A stretch of 64,000 bases of DNA from Candidatus Calescibacterium sp. (GTDB taxonomy: Bacteria; DRYD01). Made by a program: the position numbers and the translations under genes. The notes beneath the pieces are model-generated. The model did not search any database. It saw nothing but the letters and a program-made list of their open reading frames with translations, and was not told the DNA's origin. Every line of letters begins with the position of its first letter. Within the stretch, counting starts at the first letter, position 1. The stretch is from positions 77,438 through 141,437 of the forward strand of contig JANXCV010000004.1 in NCBI GenBank assembly GCA_025059235.1, read 5' to 3'. This document shows, one piece after another, positions 37,636-48,085 of the stretch.

Positions 37636-38205
37636 ATGGACAACGACCCAAAACAAATAATAAACTCGATGAAAAAACAAATGGACGAAGCTATAAACTA
37701 TCTCATAAAGGAATATAGATCCTTAAGAACTGGAAGGGCTTCACCTTCCCTAGTTGAAGATCTAAAAGTAGAATACCACGGAGCAATAGTTCCTCTTAAA
37801 AGCCTGGCTTCCATCTCCATTCCTGATCCCAGAATGATAGTCATTCAACCATTTGATAGAGGTTCTATCTCAGCTATAGAAAAGGCCATACAAAAGTCTA
37901 ACCTCTCCCTTAACCCACAAGTAGAAGGAAATCTAATAAGAATAATAATACCTAGGTTAACCGAAGAAAACAGAAAACAACTATCAAAAGTTATCTCACA
38001 AAAAGCAGAAGAAATAAAACAATCAATAAGAAACGCAAGAAGAGATGCAATGGAAAAAATAAAAGATCTAGCAAAAAAACAAAAAGTCATATCCGAAGAC
38101 GAATCCAATCGATACCAAAAAGAAATAGAAAAAATAACAAAAGAATACCTAGATAAGGTAGAAAAACATACTGAAGAAAAAAATAAGGAAATACTAAATA
38201 TCTGA
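37636..38205 (+). CDS. frr: Ribosome recycling factor
   Basis: LRTGRASP, IQPFD, PRLTEENRK and IRNARRD motifs. Confidence 0.97.
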   Translation: MDNDPKQIINSMKKQMDEAINYLIKEYRSLRTGRASPSLVEDLKVEYHGAIVPLKSLASISIPDPRMIVIQPFDRGSISAIEKAIQKSNLSLNPQVEGNLIRIIIPRLTEENRKQLSKVISQKAEEIKQSIRNARRDAMEKIKDLAKKQKVISEDESNRYQKEIEKITKEYLDKVEKHTEEKNKEILNI

Positions 38206-38210
38206 TCTGG

Positions 38211-38240
38211 AAAAGCTTGAATCTAATACCAAAGCTTTTT
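38211..38240 (+). terminator. Weak hairpin after frr, possible intrinsic terminator
   Basis: AAAAGCTT/AAGCTTTT inverted repeat with a 13 nt loop, ending in a T-run; the stem is AT-rich. Confidence 0.3.
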
Positions 38241-38318
38241 ATAACTTGTTGATTTTCAAAAGGAAGTCCTTCAAAATAGAAGAAACTTTAATGAAGACGG
38301 AAAAACATTATAATAAAG

Positions 38319-39368
38319 ATGTTGAAAATTGAAAATCTGAACAAATTTTTTGGCAAACAACAGGTTCTATATAACATAAATTTTGAAATCAATAAGGGAG
38401 TTTTTTTAAGTATCTTGGGACCATCAGGTTGTGGGAAGACAACACTACTCAGGTGTATTGCAGGTCTGGAAGAAGTACAAAGCGGAAAAATCTATATTAA
38501 TAATAGAGATGTAACACATCTACACCCCTCTAAAAGAAATATAGCAATGGTTTTTCAAACATATGCCCTCTATCCTCATATGACTGTCAGAGATAATATT
38601 ACGATTGGACTAAGGATCCAAAAGCTGGATAAGAAGTTAATACAGGAAAGGTTAAACAAAGTAGTCGAATTTCTCAATATACAAGATATCTTAGATAAAT
38701 ATCCTGGACAAATATCTGGGGGTCAGAGACAAAGAGTTGCTATAGCAAGAGCTCTGGTAAAAGAACCTGACATATTTTTATTCGATGAACCGCTTAGCAA
38801 TCTGGATGCTTTACTCAGAGAAAAAGCCAGAGAAGAGATAAAGAAGATACTTCTCAGTCTCAATGCTACCGCTGTTTTTGTTACTCACGATCAAGTTGAG
38901 GCAATGAGCCTGTCTGACTATATCATCGTCATGGATAAAGGTAAAGTTATGCAATTTGGAACTCCAGAGGAAATATATAACAATCCTCAAAATTTCTTTA
39001 CAGCTTCTTTTGTCGGTAGCCCGCAAATCAATTACTATAAATGTATAGTTACTGAGGAAAATATTATCCTCGAGAACAAGTTGAAACTCGAAAAGTTTGC
39101 TAACTTTCCGCAAGGAAATTACATATTAGCTATTAGGCCAGAAAAAATTACTTTTGGACATCCTGATTCAAACTCCATAAAACTCGAAGGGAAAGTTTTA
39201 TTCTATGATAACCTGGGCTCCCAATTTTTGATAAGTGTTATACTAGAAGGCTTAATATTTAGGTTTATAAGTAAAGAAAAGATAGAAAAAAATACACAGG
39301 TACAAATATTCTTACCTATACATCAAATTCTTTTCTTCAATCAGCAGGGGGAAAGAGTAGAAAAATAA
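38319..39368 (+). CDS. Sugar ABC transporter ATP-binding protein (MalK-like)
   Basis: GPSGCGKT, ISGGQRQR, FDEPLSNLDA and VTHDQVEA motifs. Confidence 0.93.
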   Translation: MLKIENLNKFFGKQQVLYNINFEINKGVFLSILGPSGCGKTTLLRCIAGLEEVQSGKIYINNRDVTHLHPSKRNIAMVFQTYALYPHMTVRDNITIGLRIQKLDKKLIQERLNKVVEFLNIQDILDKYPGQISGGQRQRVAIARALVKEPDIFLFDEPLSNLDALLREKAREEIKKILLSLNATAVFVTHDQVEAMSLSDYIIVMDKGKVMQFGTPEEIYNNPQNFFTASFVGSPQINYYKCIVTEENIILENKLKLEKFANFPQGNYILAIRPEKITFGHPDSNSIKLEGKVLFYDNLGSQFLISVILEGLIFRFISKEKIEKNTQVQIFLPIHQILFFNQQGERVEK

Positions 39369-39383
39369 TATTGAAGGAGGTAA

Positions 39384-40940
39384 ATGTTAATGGATTCCCT
39401 ATGGGAAAAACTGTTGAAGAAACCTAAGAGAATTTTTGATAATTTAAGTGTAGCTGAGTTGTACGAACATACAGTAATAAAGAACTTGGGAGTTATCTCT
39501 TCTTCAGGTTCACTGATTGTTAACACATCTCCCTATACCGGTAGATCTCCAAAGGATAAGTTTATAGTTTATGATGACTATACCAAAGATTTAGTCTGGT
39601 GGGGAAATGTTAACCATCCCATTGAAAGACCAGTATTTAACAATATCTTAAATAAAGCCTTAAGCTATCTGGAAGGTAAGGATATCTACAGGTGGGATGG
39701 ATATGTAGGGGCTAATCCAGATTATACATTGACTGTAACATTACTTTCCGAAATTCCCTATCATGTTATTTTTGCAAATAATCTATTCATAAGACGTAAT
39801 GAATTAAAACCTAATAGGATTATCGGTAAGATAAATATCTTGCATTTACCAAATTTGAAACTAGAAGGTCCTAAGGATGGTGTAAACAGTGAAGTTGCAA
39901 TCATCTTAGATCTTTATCCAGAACCGTTTATTTTTATTGCTGGTACTCTTTATTGTGGTGAAATAAAAAAAGCAGTCTTTACGTTCTTAAATTACTTCTA
40001 CTTAGAAAAGTTTGATATTTTACCTATGCATTGTGGAGCAAATAGAGATTTAAATTCTATGAGTACAGCTTTGTTTTTTGGTCTGTCTGGTACAGGTAAA
40101 ACTACTCTTTCTACAGATCCTTCACGTAGATTAATAGGGGATGACGAACACGGATGGACAGAAAACGATGTGTTTAATTTTGAAGGAGGATCATACGCTA
40201 AAATTATAAAACTCGATTTCTACAAAGAAAGAGAAATATATTTAGCAACTAATAGATTCGGAACAATCGTAGAAAATGTAGTGTATGATCCTATAACAAG
40301 GGAAATAGACTTTTCCGATAGTAGTATTACAGAAAATACAAGATCTGCTTATCCAAATAAATACATAGAAATCATGGAGCAAACTTTGAGGGGAGAAATT
40401 CCTGAAACTATTTTTTTCCTGTCTGCTGATGCTACTGGATCTTTACCCCCTATCTCAATCCTAGAAGGTCAACAGATTTTAGAATATTTCTTACTTGGAT
40501 ATACTTCTAGGCTTGCAGGTACAGAAAGAGGTGTAAAGGATCCTGAACCTACCTTCTCCGAAGCTTTTTCAAAACCTTTTCTACCTCTTAATCCCATAAG
40601 ATATGCAAATAAACTCTACGAGAAAATAAGAAAATATAATACCACAGTTTATCTGATCAATACTGGTTGGATAGGAAACAAATATCCCCTATCCAATAGA
40701 ATACAACTAGAATATACACGACACATCATAAGAAGTGCTTTATCAAAAAAGATAGATAAGAAAAACTCATATATTCATCCAGTCTTTGGTTTTAGGGTAC
40801 CTATAGTAGAAGGATTACCTTTAGAATTATTCAGACCACACAACCTATGGCAAAATGAAAAAGAATACTACGAACAAGCAAATACTCTAAAAAATCTGTT
40901 CGAAGAAAATCTTAAAAGATACAGAAAATTAATAGGCTAG
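39384..40940 (+). CDS. pckA: Phosphoenolpyruvate carboxykinase (ATP)
   Basis: TGRSPKDKF, MHCGAN, GLSGTGKTTLS, IGDDEHGW and FNFEGG motifs. Confidence 0.95.
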   Translation: MLMDSLWEKLLKKPKRIFDNLSVAELYEHTVIKNLGVISSSGSLIVNTSPYTGRSPKDKFIVYDDYTKDLVWWGNVNHPIERPVFNNILNKALSYLEGKDIYRWDGYVGANPDYTLTVTLLSEIPYHVIFANNLFIRRNELKPNRIIGKINILHLPNLKLEGPKDGVNSEVAIILDLYPEPFIFIAGTLYCGEIKKAVFTFLNYFYLEKFDILPMHCGANRDLNSMSTALFFGLSGTGKTTLSTDPSRRLIGDDEHGWTENDVFNFEGGSYAKIIKLDFYKEREIYLATNRFGTIVENVVYDPITREIDFSDSSITENTRSAYPNKYIEIMEQTLRGEIPETIFFLSADATGSLPPISILEGQQILEYFLLGYTSRLAGTERGVKDPEPTFSEAFSKPFLPLNPIRYANKLYEKIRKYNTTVYLINTGWIGNKYPLSNRIQLEYTRHIIRSALSKKIDKKNSYIHPVFGFRVPIVEGLPLELFRPHNLWQNEKEYYEQANTLKNLFEENLKRYRKLIG

Positions 40941-40947
40941 GGATTTA

Positions 40948-42246
40948 ATGACCATGGAAGAAAGAAGGATTAGAGGAAGATTTACAAAAGAAGAAGAGAC
41001 GAAAAGAGAAGAAATTCTAGAAAAAGAAGAATTATTAGATATAGCAAGAGAAGCAGCAAAAACTAAAGCAAAAGCAAAGAAACAAACTAAAGAAGTAGGA
41101 ATTTTACCAGATGCTGGAATACAACTAGGTGGTAAAGTAGGACTAAAAGATTTAGCAGTACTTACCAGTCAATGGGCTATAATGGTAGAAGCAGGTTTGG
41201 ATCTAAAAAAATCAATGGTTATTCTATATAACCAAACTGAAAATAGGAAATTAAGAAAGATAATAAATGATGTCTATCAGGAAGTTGTAAAAGGTTCTAG
41301 TATACATAAAGCATTATCTAAATATGAGAAAGATCTTGGACCGTACTTTTTAGGGATGGTCGAGGCTGGTGAAAAATCCGGTTTACTGGATAAAAATCTC
41401 AGACAGTTAGCAATCAGTTTGGAAAGACTTTCTAAAATACAAGCAAAAGTCAAATCCTCTCTTACATATCCATTTCTCATAATTTTCTTTGCACTACTGG
41501 TCTCTTTTATAGTTTTTCAGTTTGTTCTTCCACAGATATTTATTGTTATAAAGGACTTGAATGTTCCTTTGCCATTAATTACTCAAATCCTGATTTATAT
41601 TACCGATTTTATGAAAACACCGTACTTTTATATCTTACTCATAGCAACATTAGTAGGAGGATTTATTTTTTATAATAATTTTTCTAGAACAAAACAAGGA
41701 AAGATAATTCTTGATGTTTTGAAGATTAAGATTCCAATATTCGGTAGAATAATTAAATCATATTTAGTTGTAACTTTTTTCTCAACTCTTTCTTCTCTTT
41801 TATCCACAGGTACTCCACTAGCAAAATCATTAGAAATAACTAAGAAAGTAATAGGAAACTATATCTTTGAAAAGATAATAGATTACTGCATTATAAAAAT
41901 CAGTGAAGGAATTACTCTGGGTGATATATTTTTCAAATTCATAAAAGGGCAGTATAATCCAAAAACCACTATACTTACTGAGGAGGATAAAGAAATAATT
42001 TCGATAATAAGAGATATTTTTGATCCTATGGCAAGACAAATGGTAAGCATAGGAGATGAAACAGGTAAGGTAGAAGAAGTTTTGAGAAAATATGCAGATT
42101 TCCAAGAAGAGCAATTGAATAGAACCATTGAAACGATATCTACAATTATAGAACCCCTTCTAATAGTGTTCGTTGGTATTTTTGTCGGTATAATACTTTT
42201 GGCTGTCATGATTCCTCTATATAGTTTAATAACTACGGCTGATTAA
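40948..42246 (+). CDS. Type II secretion F / PilC-family platform protein
   Basis: AGEKSGLL, YP..II, QMVSIGDETG and IEPLLIV motifs; two-repeat T2SSF layout. Confidence 0.9.
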   Translation: MTMEERRIRGRFTKEEETKREEILEKEELLDIAREAAKTKAKAKKQTKEVGILPDAGIQLGGKVGLKDLAVLTSQWAIMVEAGLDLKKSMVILYNQTENRKLRKIINDVYQEVVKGSSIHKALSKYEKDLGPYFLGMVEAGEKSGLLDKNLRQLAISLERLSKIQAKVKSSLTYPFLIIFFALLVSFIVFQFVLPQIFIVIKDLNVPLPLITQILIYITDFMKTPYFYILLIATLVGGFIFYNNFSRTKQGKIILDVLKIKIPIFGRIIKSYLVVTFFSTLSSLLSTGTPLAKSLEITKKVIGNYIFEKIIDYCIIKISEGITLGDIFFKFIKGQYNPKTTILTEEDKEIISIIRDIFDPMARQMVSIGDETGKVEEVLRKYADFQEEQLNRTIETISTIIEPLLIVFVGIFVGIILLAVMIPLYSLITTAD

Positions 42247-42249
42247 TAA

Positions 42250-43089
42250 ATGTTAGCTTCTATCGTAATACCGACTTATAATCGTAGTGATGTACTACTC
42301 AAGACTTTTCGGTATTGGGAAAAGCAGACAATAAGGGATTTTGAAATTATTATTATAGACGATAATTCCAGTGATGGAACTTATGAAAAAATAAATGAAT
42401 ATCTTAATGAGAATAGAAGCTTAAACATAAGAGTAATAAGGAACAATATGAACATGGGTTCTGCAGATGGGAGAAATAAAGGAGCTTTATACTCGAAATC
42501 GGAAATAATAATCTATACAGATGATGATGCTTTTCCAACCCCGAACTTTGTGGAAAGACACATTTATTATCATAGAAAATATCCAAATGCAATTGTTAGG
42601 GGTCCGATAATTAATTTTTCTGATCTATCTTTCCTAGAAATTTTCTTTCTTCCAAACCATGAGATAAAGAGAAAAATATTTTTAGCTATGAAAGGATATT
42701 CTGGGAATTATTTCTGTACTGCTAATGTCTCGATTAGGAAAGAATTGATATACAAAGTCGGTTTTTTTGATTTAGATTTCAATAGATGGCAAGATACAGA
42801 ATTTGGATACAGATTGAGAAAAATGGGTATAGTGAGATTTTTCGATTTTCAGGCTTGGGTATTACATTATAAACAGCAATACTCTGATCCATATAGACAT
42901 TTCTATAATGAGGGTAAGTATGCAGCAAAGCTTCTGAAATATTATCCCAACCTAAGTGTTAAATTGAGAACAGGTTATTTCCCTTTTTTTCCAATATGGC
43001 AAATTTTCTACAATGCCGAAATTTTTACATATAACAAACATCCTAAATTAGGATATATAAAAGGTTTTTTAGAAGAATACAAAAAATAA
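42250..43089 (+). CDS. Glycosyltransferase family 2
   Basis: SIVIPTYNR, IDDNSSDGT, YTDDD and QDTEFGYR motifs. Confidence 0.92.
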   Translation: MLASIVIPTYNRSDVLLKTFRYWEKQTIRDFEIIIIDDNSSDGTYEKINEYLNENRSLNIRVIRNNMNMGSADGRNKGALYSKSEIIIYTDDDAFPTPNFVERHIYYHRKYPNAIVRGPIINFSDLSFLEIFFLPNHEIKRKIFLAMKGYSGNYFCTANVSIRKELIYKVGFFDLDFNRWQDTEFGYRLRKMGIVRFFDFQAWVLHYKQQYSDPYRHFYNEGKYAAKLLKYYPNLSVKLRTGYFPFFPIWQIFYNAEIFTYNKHPKLGYIKGFLEEYKK

Positions 43090-43126
43090 CAAGGTTTTAT
43101 TTTTTCAGTGAAGAATTTTTTTTAAT

Positions 43127-45508
43127 ATGAATCTTTCAAAGAGAAAAGTTAAAGTAAAAAATTTATTTTACTCCGAAAAGTTTATAAAAAAAGTTGTAGA
43201 TAAGTATTACTCTTCTGATAAATCAAGGGTCAAGTTTGTTGGACAGGATAGAGCAATCGAAGCTTTAAAATTTTCTGTATCGATTAAAAAAGACAAGTAC
43301 AATGTTTATGCTGCTGGTTCATTTGGACTTGGAAAAAGAACAATAATTCAACAGTTACTTGCCGAAATAGCTAAAAATAATACCCCCCCTGATGATTGGA
43401 TTTACATCTACAACTTCGATAATCCCGATGAACCCCTATGTATTAGGTTGCCAAATTCGTTAGGAAAGATTTTTAAGGAAAAATTTGAAGAGAATATCAA
43501 AAATTTAAGACAAAATCTTAAGAAAGCTTTTGAAGAAGATAAACACATCCAAATTAAGGAACAGCTTATAAGGGAATATTCCAGAAAGAAGGAAAAGATA
43601 ATATATGAGATGCAACAAGAAGCTAATAACTATGGTTTTATCCTACAACCAACTAGCAGTGGATTTTTCCTATCCCCGACCATAGGTGGAAAACCCATAT
43701 CAAATGAAGAACTGCAAAACCTAGATGAAAATATACGTAAAGAAATTGAAACAAAAGAGGAGATAGTAGAACAAAAAATAGAAGAAAAAATAAGAGAATT
43801 GAGAAAGCTTGATAAAGAACTCTTTGAAAAGTTAAAACATCTTGACAGAGAATTAGCAAATAAATGGATTTCGTTTTACATAGAAGAGTTCAAAAAAGAA
43901 ATTTCTAACCATCCTAAGTTTAAAGACATAACCGAGGAAAATTTAAAGAAAATCAATAATTATTTGGATGAAGTATGTAAAGATATAAACGATAACATCG
44001 AGCTATTCTTAAAGTTTAAGAATAGCGATGATAGTATTCCTAATAGGTATAGGATTAACTTGTTTGTGGACAACAGTAAAGTTGAGGGTGCTCCTGTTGT
44101 TTTCGAAGAATTTCCAACTCTAGAAAATCTGGTTGGTAAGATAGATAAGGAAGTAATTCAGGGAATACTTGTTACTGATTTTACGATGATGAGTCCTGGT
44201 GCTTTCCATAAAGCCAACGGGGGATACCTTATCCTAAATATAGTGGATGTTTTGCGCGAATTTTTTGCATACGATGCCCTCAAAAGAACTATAAAAAACA
44301 AGAAAATAATTATGGAAGATATTCATAGTAGAGTCGGTATATCTACAAGGATATTAAAACCAGAACCTATACCTTTTGAAGGTAAGATAATACTAATTGG
44401 ACCACCCATAATATACCACTTGCTATATGAATACGATGAAGACTTTAGAGAATATTTCCAAGTAGTTTCGTACTTTGAAGAATACCTAGACTTTAACCAA
44501 ATAAAGATTTTTGACAAAGTAGATACTAAAAAAGTTGTAGAGGATTACATTCATGGTATTCTATATATTTTGGCTAGAAACTGTAGTAAAAAGATTGACT
44601 ATCAAGCGGTTAATCTTTTAATGTATTATCTGCATAGAATGGCTAATAGTTTAAATAAACTTCCTCTTAAGATGTCTGAGATAGAGAATATCTTAGTAGA
44701 AGCTGCAAGTTTATCAAAAGGTGATACTATCACCGTTGAAGATATAAAGAAATCAATAGAAATGTGGGAGTATAGAAATTCTTTTTATAGAGATAAAATT
44801 CAGAAACTAATACTGGAGGATACTATTCATATATCTACTGAGGGTTCTGAAGTTGGAGTGGTTAACGGTTTAGCGGTTATACAAATTGGTCAGCTTTCCT
44901 TTGGTAAACCATCGAAAATTACTGCTACAGTTGGATTAGGAAAAGAAGGGGTAATATCAATAGAAAAGGAAGTTGGATTTTCTGGACAGATTCATAACAA
45001 AGCGATAATGATTATCACTGGTTATTTGATAGAAAAGTATTCTCAGGATTTTCCGTTAACATTACAAGCAAGGATAACCTTCGAACAGAACTACGGTATA
45101 ATGGAGGGTGATAGTGCTTCATGTGCAGAAGTCTTAGCAATCATCTCTCAGTTATCTGGGGTTCCTGTTAAGCAATCTATAGCAATAACTGGCTCTATGA
45201 ATCAAAAGGGAATGGTTCAACCTGTGGGAGGAATAAAAGAAAAAGTGGAGGGCTTTTTCGATATTTGCAAATATAGGGGAGTACTTGGTCCAGAAGTCGG
45301 TGTTATTATCCCTCATCAGAATATCGATAATCTAATACTAAAAACAGAGGTGATAGAGGCAATTGAAAAAGGTAAATTCAGTATCTATATTGCAAAAACC
45401 ATAGATGATGTTATAGAGATTGCTACAGGGGAAAAAGCAAGCAAAGTTCACAATAAAGTCTACAAAAAATTGAAAGAGTATTTTGAAAAAGTAAGGAAAT
45501 CTAGATAA
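43127..45508 (+). CDS. LonC-type (Lon-like AAA/S16) protease
   Basis: GQDRA..AL, PGAFHKANGG, VNGLAV, GDSAS (Ser) and GGIKEK (Lys); degenerate Walker A GSFGLGKR. Confidence 0.88.
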   Translation: MNLSKRKVKVKNLFYSEKFIKKVVDKYYSSDKSRVKFVGQDRAIEALKFSVSIKKDKYNVYAAGSFGLGKRTIIQQLLAEIAKNNTPPDDWIYIYNFDNPDEPLCIRLPNSLGKIFKEKFEENIKNLRQNLKKAFEEDKHIQIKEQLIREYSRKKEKIIYEMQQEANNYGFILQPTSSGFFLSPTIGGKPISNEELQNLDENIRKEIETKEEIVEQKIEEKIRELRKLDKELFEKLKHLDRELANKWISFYIEEFKKEISNHPKFKDITEENLKKINNYLDEVCKDINDNIELFLKFKNSDDSIPNRYRINLFVDNSKVEGAPVVFEEFPTLENLVGKIDKEVIQGILVTDFTMMSPGAFHKANGGYLILNIVDVLREFFAYDALKRTIKNKKIIMEDIHSRVGISTRILKPEPIPFEGKIILIGPPIIYHLLYEYDEDFREYFQVVSYFEEYLDFNQIKIFDKVDTKKVVEDYIHGILYILARNCSKKIDYQAVNLLMYYLHRMANSLNKLPLKMSEIENILVEAASLSKGDTITVEDIKKSIEMWEYRNSFYRDKIQKLILEDTIHISTEGSEVGVVNGLAVIQIGQLSFGKPSKITATVGLGKEGVISIEKEVGFSGQIHNKAIMIITGYLIEKYSQDFPLTLQARITFEQNYGIMEGDSASCAEVLAIISQLSGVPVKQSIAITGSMNQKGMVQPVGGIKEKVEGFFDICKYRGVLGPEVGVIIPHQNIDNLILKTEVIEAIEKGKFSIYIAKTIDDVIEIATGEKASKVHNKVYKKLKEYFEKVRKSR

Positions 45509-45510
45509 GG

Positions 45511-46719
45511 GTGAGCAAATTTATGTTGGAACAGATAATAAAAGAAAACAAAACAAGATTAATATTGTTTGTTTTGGATGGCTTGGGTGATTTACCCAAT
45601 TCAGCCTATGGTAATAGAACTCCTTTGGAGGTTGCAAGAAAGAAAAATATTTTGAAACTATTGCCAAAATCTGTACTTGGAATGGCGTACCCTATTTCTT
45701 TGGGAATCACTGTTGGGAGTGGACCTGGACATACAGCACTCTTTGGATTTGATCCATTGAAATATCAAATAAAAAGAGGTATATTGGAAGTTATGGGTAT
45801 GGATATGGAGGTTTATTCCAATTCGGTAGCTATCAGAGGAAACTGGGCTAAAGTTCAGAAAGAATTAGACAGTTTCGTAGTTATCGACAGAAGAGCTAAT
45901 AGATTAGAAACTTCTATCAATCAGCAGTTAGTAAAAAAAATAGAACCAATAATAAAACAGATTCAAGAAGAATTTAAGGTTAAGATTGATATTAAAAGTG
46001 GTTTAGAACATAGATTGGGGATAGTGATAACCCCAAAAGAAGGTAAATTCGATGTTGATATCTCATCGAATGATCCACAGAAAGAAGGATTAAAGGTAAT
46101 AAACTTCCCATCTACATCAAAACTAGGTATAATTTTGGAAAAACTGAACAATATGATTTTCGATATGTTGAAAGATGATGATGCTAACTATATTTTGATG
46201 CGAGGTATAAGCGATATTCCAGAATTACCGAATTTTTCAAAAATCTACAAAGTAAAACCATTAGCTATAGCTCAGTATCCAATGTATTTAGGTATTGCAA
46301 AGCTTTTCGGATTTGATACTATTAAAATAGACAACTATGACAATCTCGTAGATTACTTTAGAGATTATGATTTTATCTTTATTCACTACAAGTATACGGA
46401 TATGGCTGGAGAAGACGGTGATTTTGAAAGAAAGGTTGAACATATAGAGAAAGCTGATGAAATAATTGGTCAAATTTTAAGATCTGATCCCGATGTATTG
46501 GTTATAACTGGTGATCATAGTACTCCATGTATATACAAATCCCATGGTTTTCAACCGACTCCCTACATGCTTTATTCGAAGGATGGGGATGTTTTTTCTA
46601 TATGTCAAGATTTTACAGAGAGGGAATGTTACAGAGGAGAGTTGGGAATATTTCCATTAACTTTGAATATGCAGTTAATGTTGGCTTACGGAAAAAGATT
46701 ACAGAAATTTGGTGCATAA
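45511..46719 (+). CDS. apgM: 2,3-BPG-independent phosphoglycerate mutase, archaeal (ApgM) type
   Basis: LDGLGD, TPLEVA, GSGPGH, DMAGEDGD and TGDHSTP motifs. Confidence 0.88.
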   Translation: MSKFMLEQIIKENKTRLILFVLDGLGDLPNSAYGNRTPLEVARKKNILKLLPKSVLGMAYPISLGITVGSGPGHTALFGFDPLKYQIKRGILEVMGMDMEVYSNSVAIRGNWAKVQKELDSFVVIDRRANRLETSINQQLVKKIEPIIKQIQEEFKVKIDIKSGLEHRLGIVITPKEGKFDVDISSNDPQKEGLKVINFPSTSKLGIILEKLNNMIFDMLKDDDANYILMRGISDIPELPNFSKIYKVKPLAIAQYPMYLGIAKLFGFDTIKIDNYDNLVDYFRDYDFIFIHYKYTDMAGEDGDFERKVEHIEKADEIIGQILRSDPDVLVITGDHSTPCIYKSHGFQPTPYMLYSKDGDVFSICQDFTERECYRGELGIFPLTLNMQLMLAYGKRLQKFGA

Positions 46720-48073
46720 AACGGTTATCCTTTTACCTTTAGACAACAGACCTTGTTCCTACAAGTATTTTAGACTCATATGTCAAACTTTTGATATTCC
46801 CTTTTCAATATTTTTTTCGTTTGATGATCTGAGAAGAATATCTAGAAAAGAAAATTACTACATTATTTCGCTTGATAACATACTTTTTGGTGGAATAGTT
46901 AACTCAAGGAGATTGGAATTTTTAGTCAAGAAATCAAATAGAACGATTATGGAGGATTTTTTAGATTTTATTGAAAACAATCAAAAGAGTTATTTTTGCA
47001 TTTATGTATCTGTTCCTAGATTGTTACTGAACTATATGCAGGAAATTGACAAGATTTTGTCTATAAATAATTATTTTTATCATATTTTTAGACCTCATCA
47101 GGAGGATTTGCTAAATGCATATGAGAGATGTTCGCACTTTTCCAGTTCAGAGGAAAATTATATTTTCAATGTTAGAAAGGAAAAATTAAAGATTATAGAT
47201 TATTTCTTAAGCCAGGTTTGTTCAAAGAAGATAAAAAATATAATTGATTTTTTGGTAGTTATTGACGATTCTCAATTTAAGGGATTGAATTTTCTTGAAG
47301 CTAGTTTTTTAAAGAAGAAATATAGTAAAAAAATTAGGAATTTTTACTTAATGATTGGTTTAGATGAAATTCATTTACTGATATTATCCAAGCTGATAAG
47401 TAGGGAGGCAAATATTTATTTTTCATCAAACACTGAATTATCTTTCAAAAGACCGAGGTATGAAGGTATCACTGTAAAGGAATTACTCAAGTATTATAGA
47501 AAGTATTTGATGATTGATTTTTACCGGGTTGAAAATAGTGTTTATCATTGGAAAATTTTTGAAAGTAAAAGGCAGGAGGAGTCGGTTAACCAGTTAGAGG
47601 GCTTCAATAGTTTTGATAAGTTTATTAAACATTTTGAAGCGATTCCAATTTATCCGATCGATAGCAATACTCAGTTTTTTGTTGATCTGTCATATGCGAA
47701 TGGAGCTAGTTTAGAAGTTTTAAAATTTTTGCTAACAAATAAAGAAATACTACTGAATTTAAAATCTTTTTGGTCTTGGAATACGTTTGCTAATAGTCTA
47801 GGTTCAAGCTTGTCGCATTTTCTCATACACAGATCTATAAACAAGTTTGATCGGGAAATAAATACTAAACTCGTTTTAGAAAATTTTTTAGAATCAATTT
47901 ATCAATCTATCATAAGATATTTTGCAAAAAAATTTTCTTGGACTAATTCCGAAATACAAAAAGCCTTCAAAATTATACTAGATCACTTTGAAATTAGAGA
48001 CTTTGATATAATAAAGATAGATTTACCGTGGGAAAGGTATTTTGAGATTGACGTTGAAATAAGACTCAAGTAG
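46709..48073 (+). CDS. DUF4127-like protein
   Basis: LLPLDNRP, SLDNILFGG.V.SR, GLDE, DLSYANG and WSWNTFANSLG motifs. Confidence 0.6.
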   Translation: MVHKTVILLPLDNRPCSYKYFRLICQTFDIPFSIFFSFDDLRRISRKENYYIISLDNILFGGIVNSRRLEFLVKKSNRTIMEDFLDFIENNQKSYFCIYVSVPRLLLNYMQEIDKILSINNYFYHIFRPHQEDLLNAYERCSHFSSSEENYIFNVRKEKLKIIDYFLSQVCSKKIKNIIDFLVVIDDSQFKGLNFLEASFLKKKYSKKIRNFYLMIGLDEIHLLILSKLISREANIYFSSNTELSFKRPRYEGITVKELLKYYRKYLMIDFYRVENSVYHWKIFESKRQEESVNQLEGFNSFDKFIKHFEAIPIYPIDSNTQFFVDLSYANGASLEVLKFLLTNKEILLNLKSFWSWNTFANSLGSSLSHFLIHRSINKFDREINTKLVLENFLESIYQSIIRYFAKKFSWTNSEIQKAFKIILDHFEIRDFDIIKIDLPWERYFEIDVEIRLK

Positions 48074-48085
48074 GGAGGTATAATC

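Noticed and set aside
44603-44611. CAAGCGGT, partial reverse match to the pseudoknot stem
   Set aside because: It lies inside the protease CDS, without the TATAAATA linker or a second stem.
43127-45508. Degenerate Walker A in the Lon-like protease as a novelty
   Set aside because: This is an established feature of the LonC subfamily.
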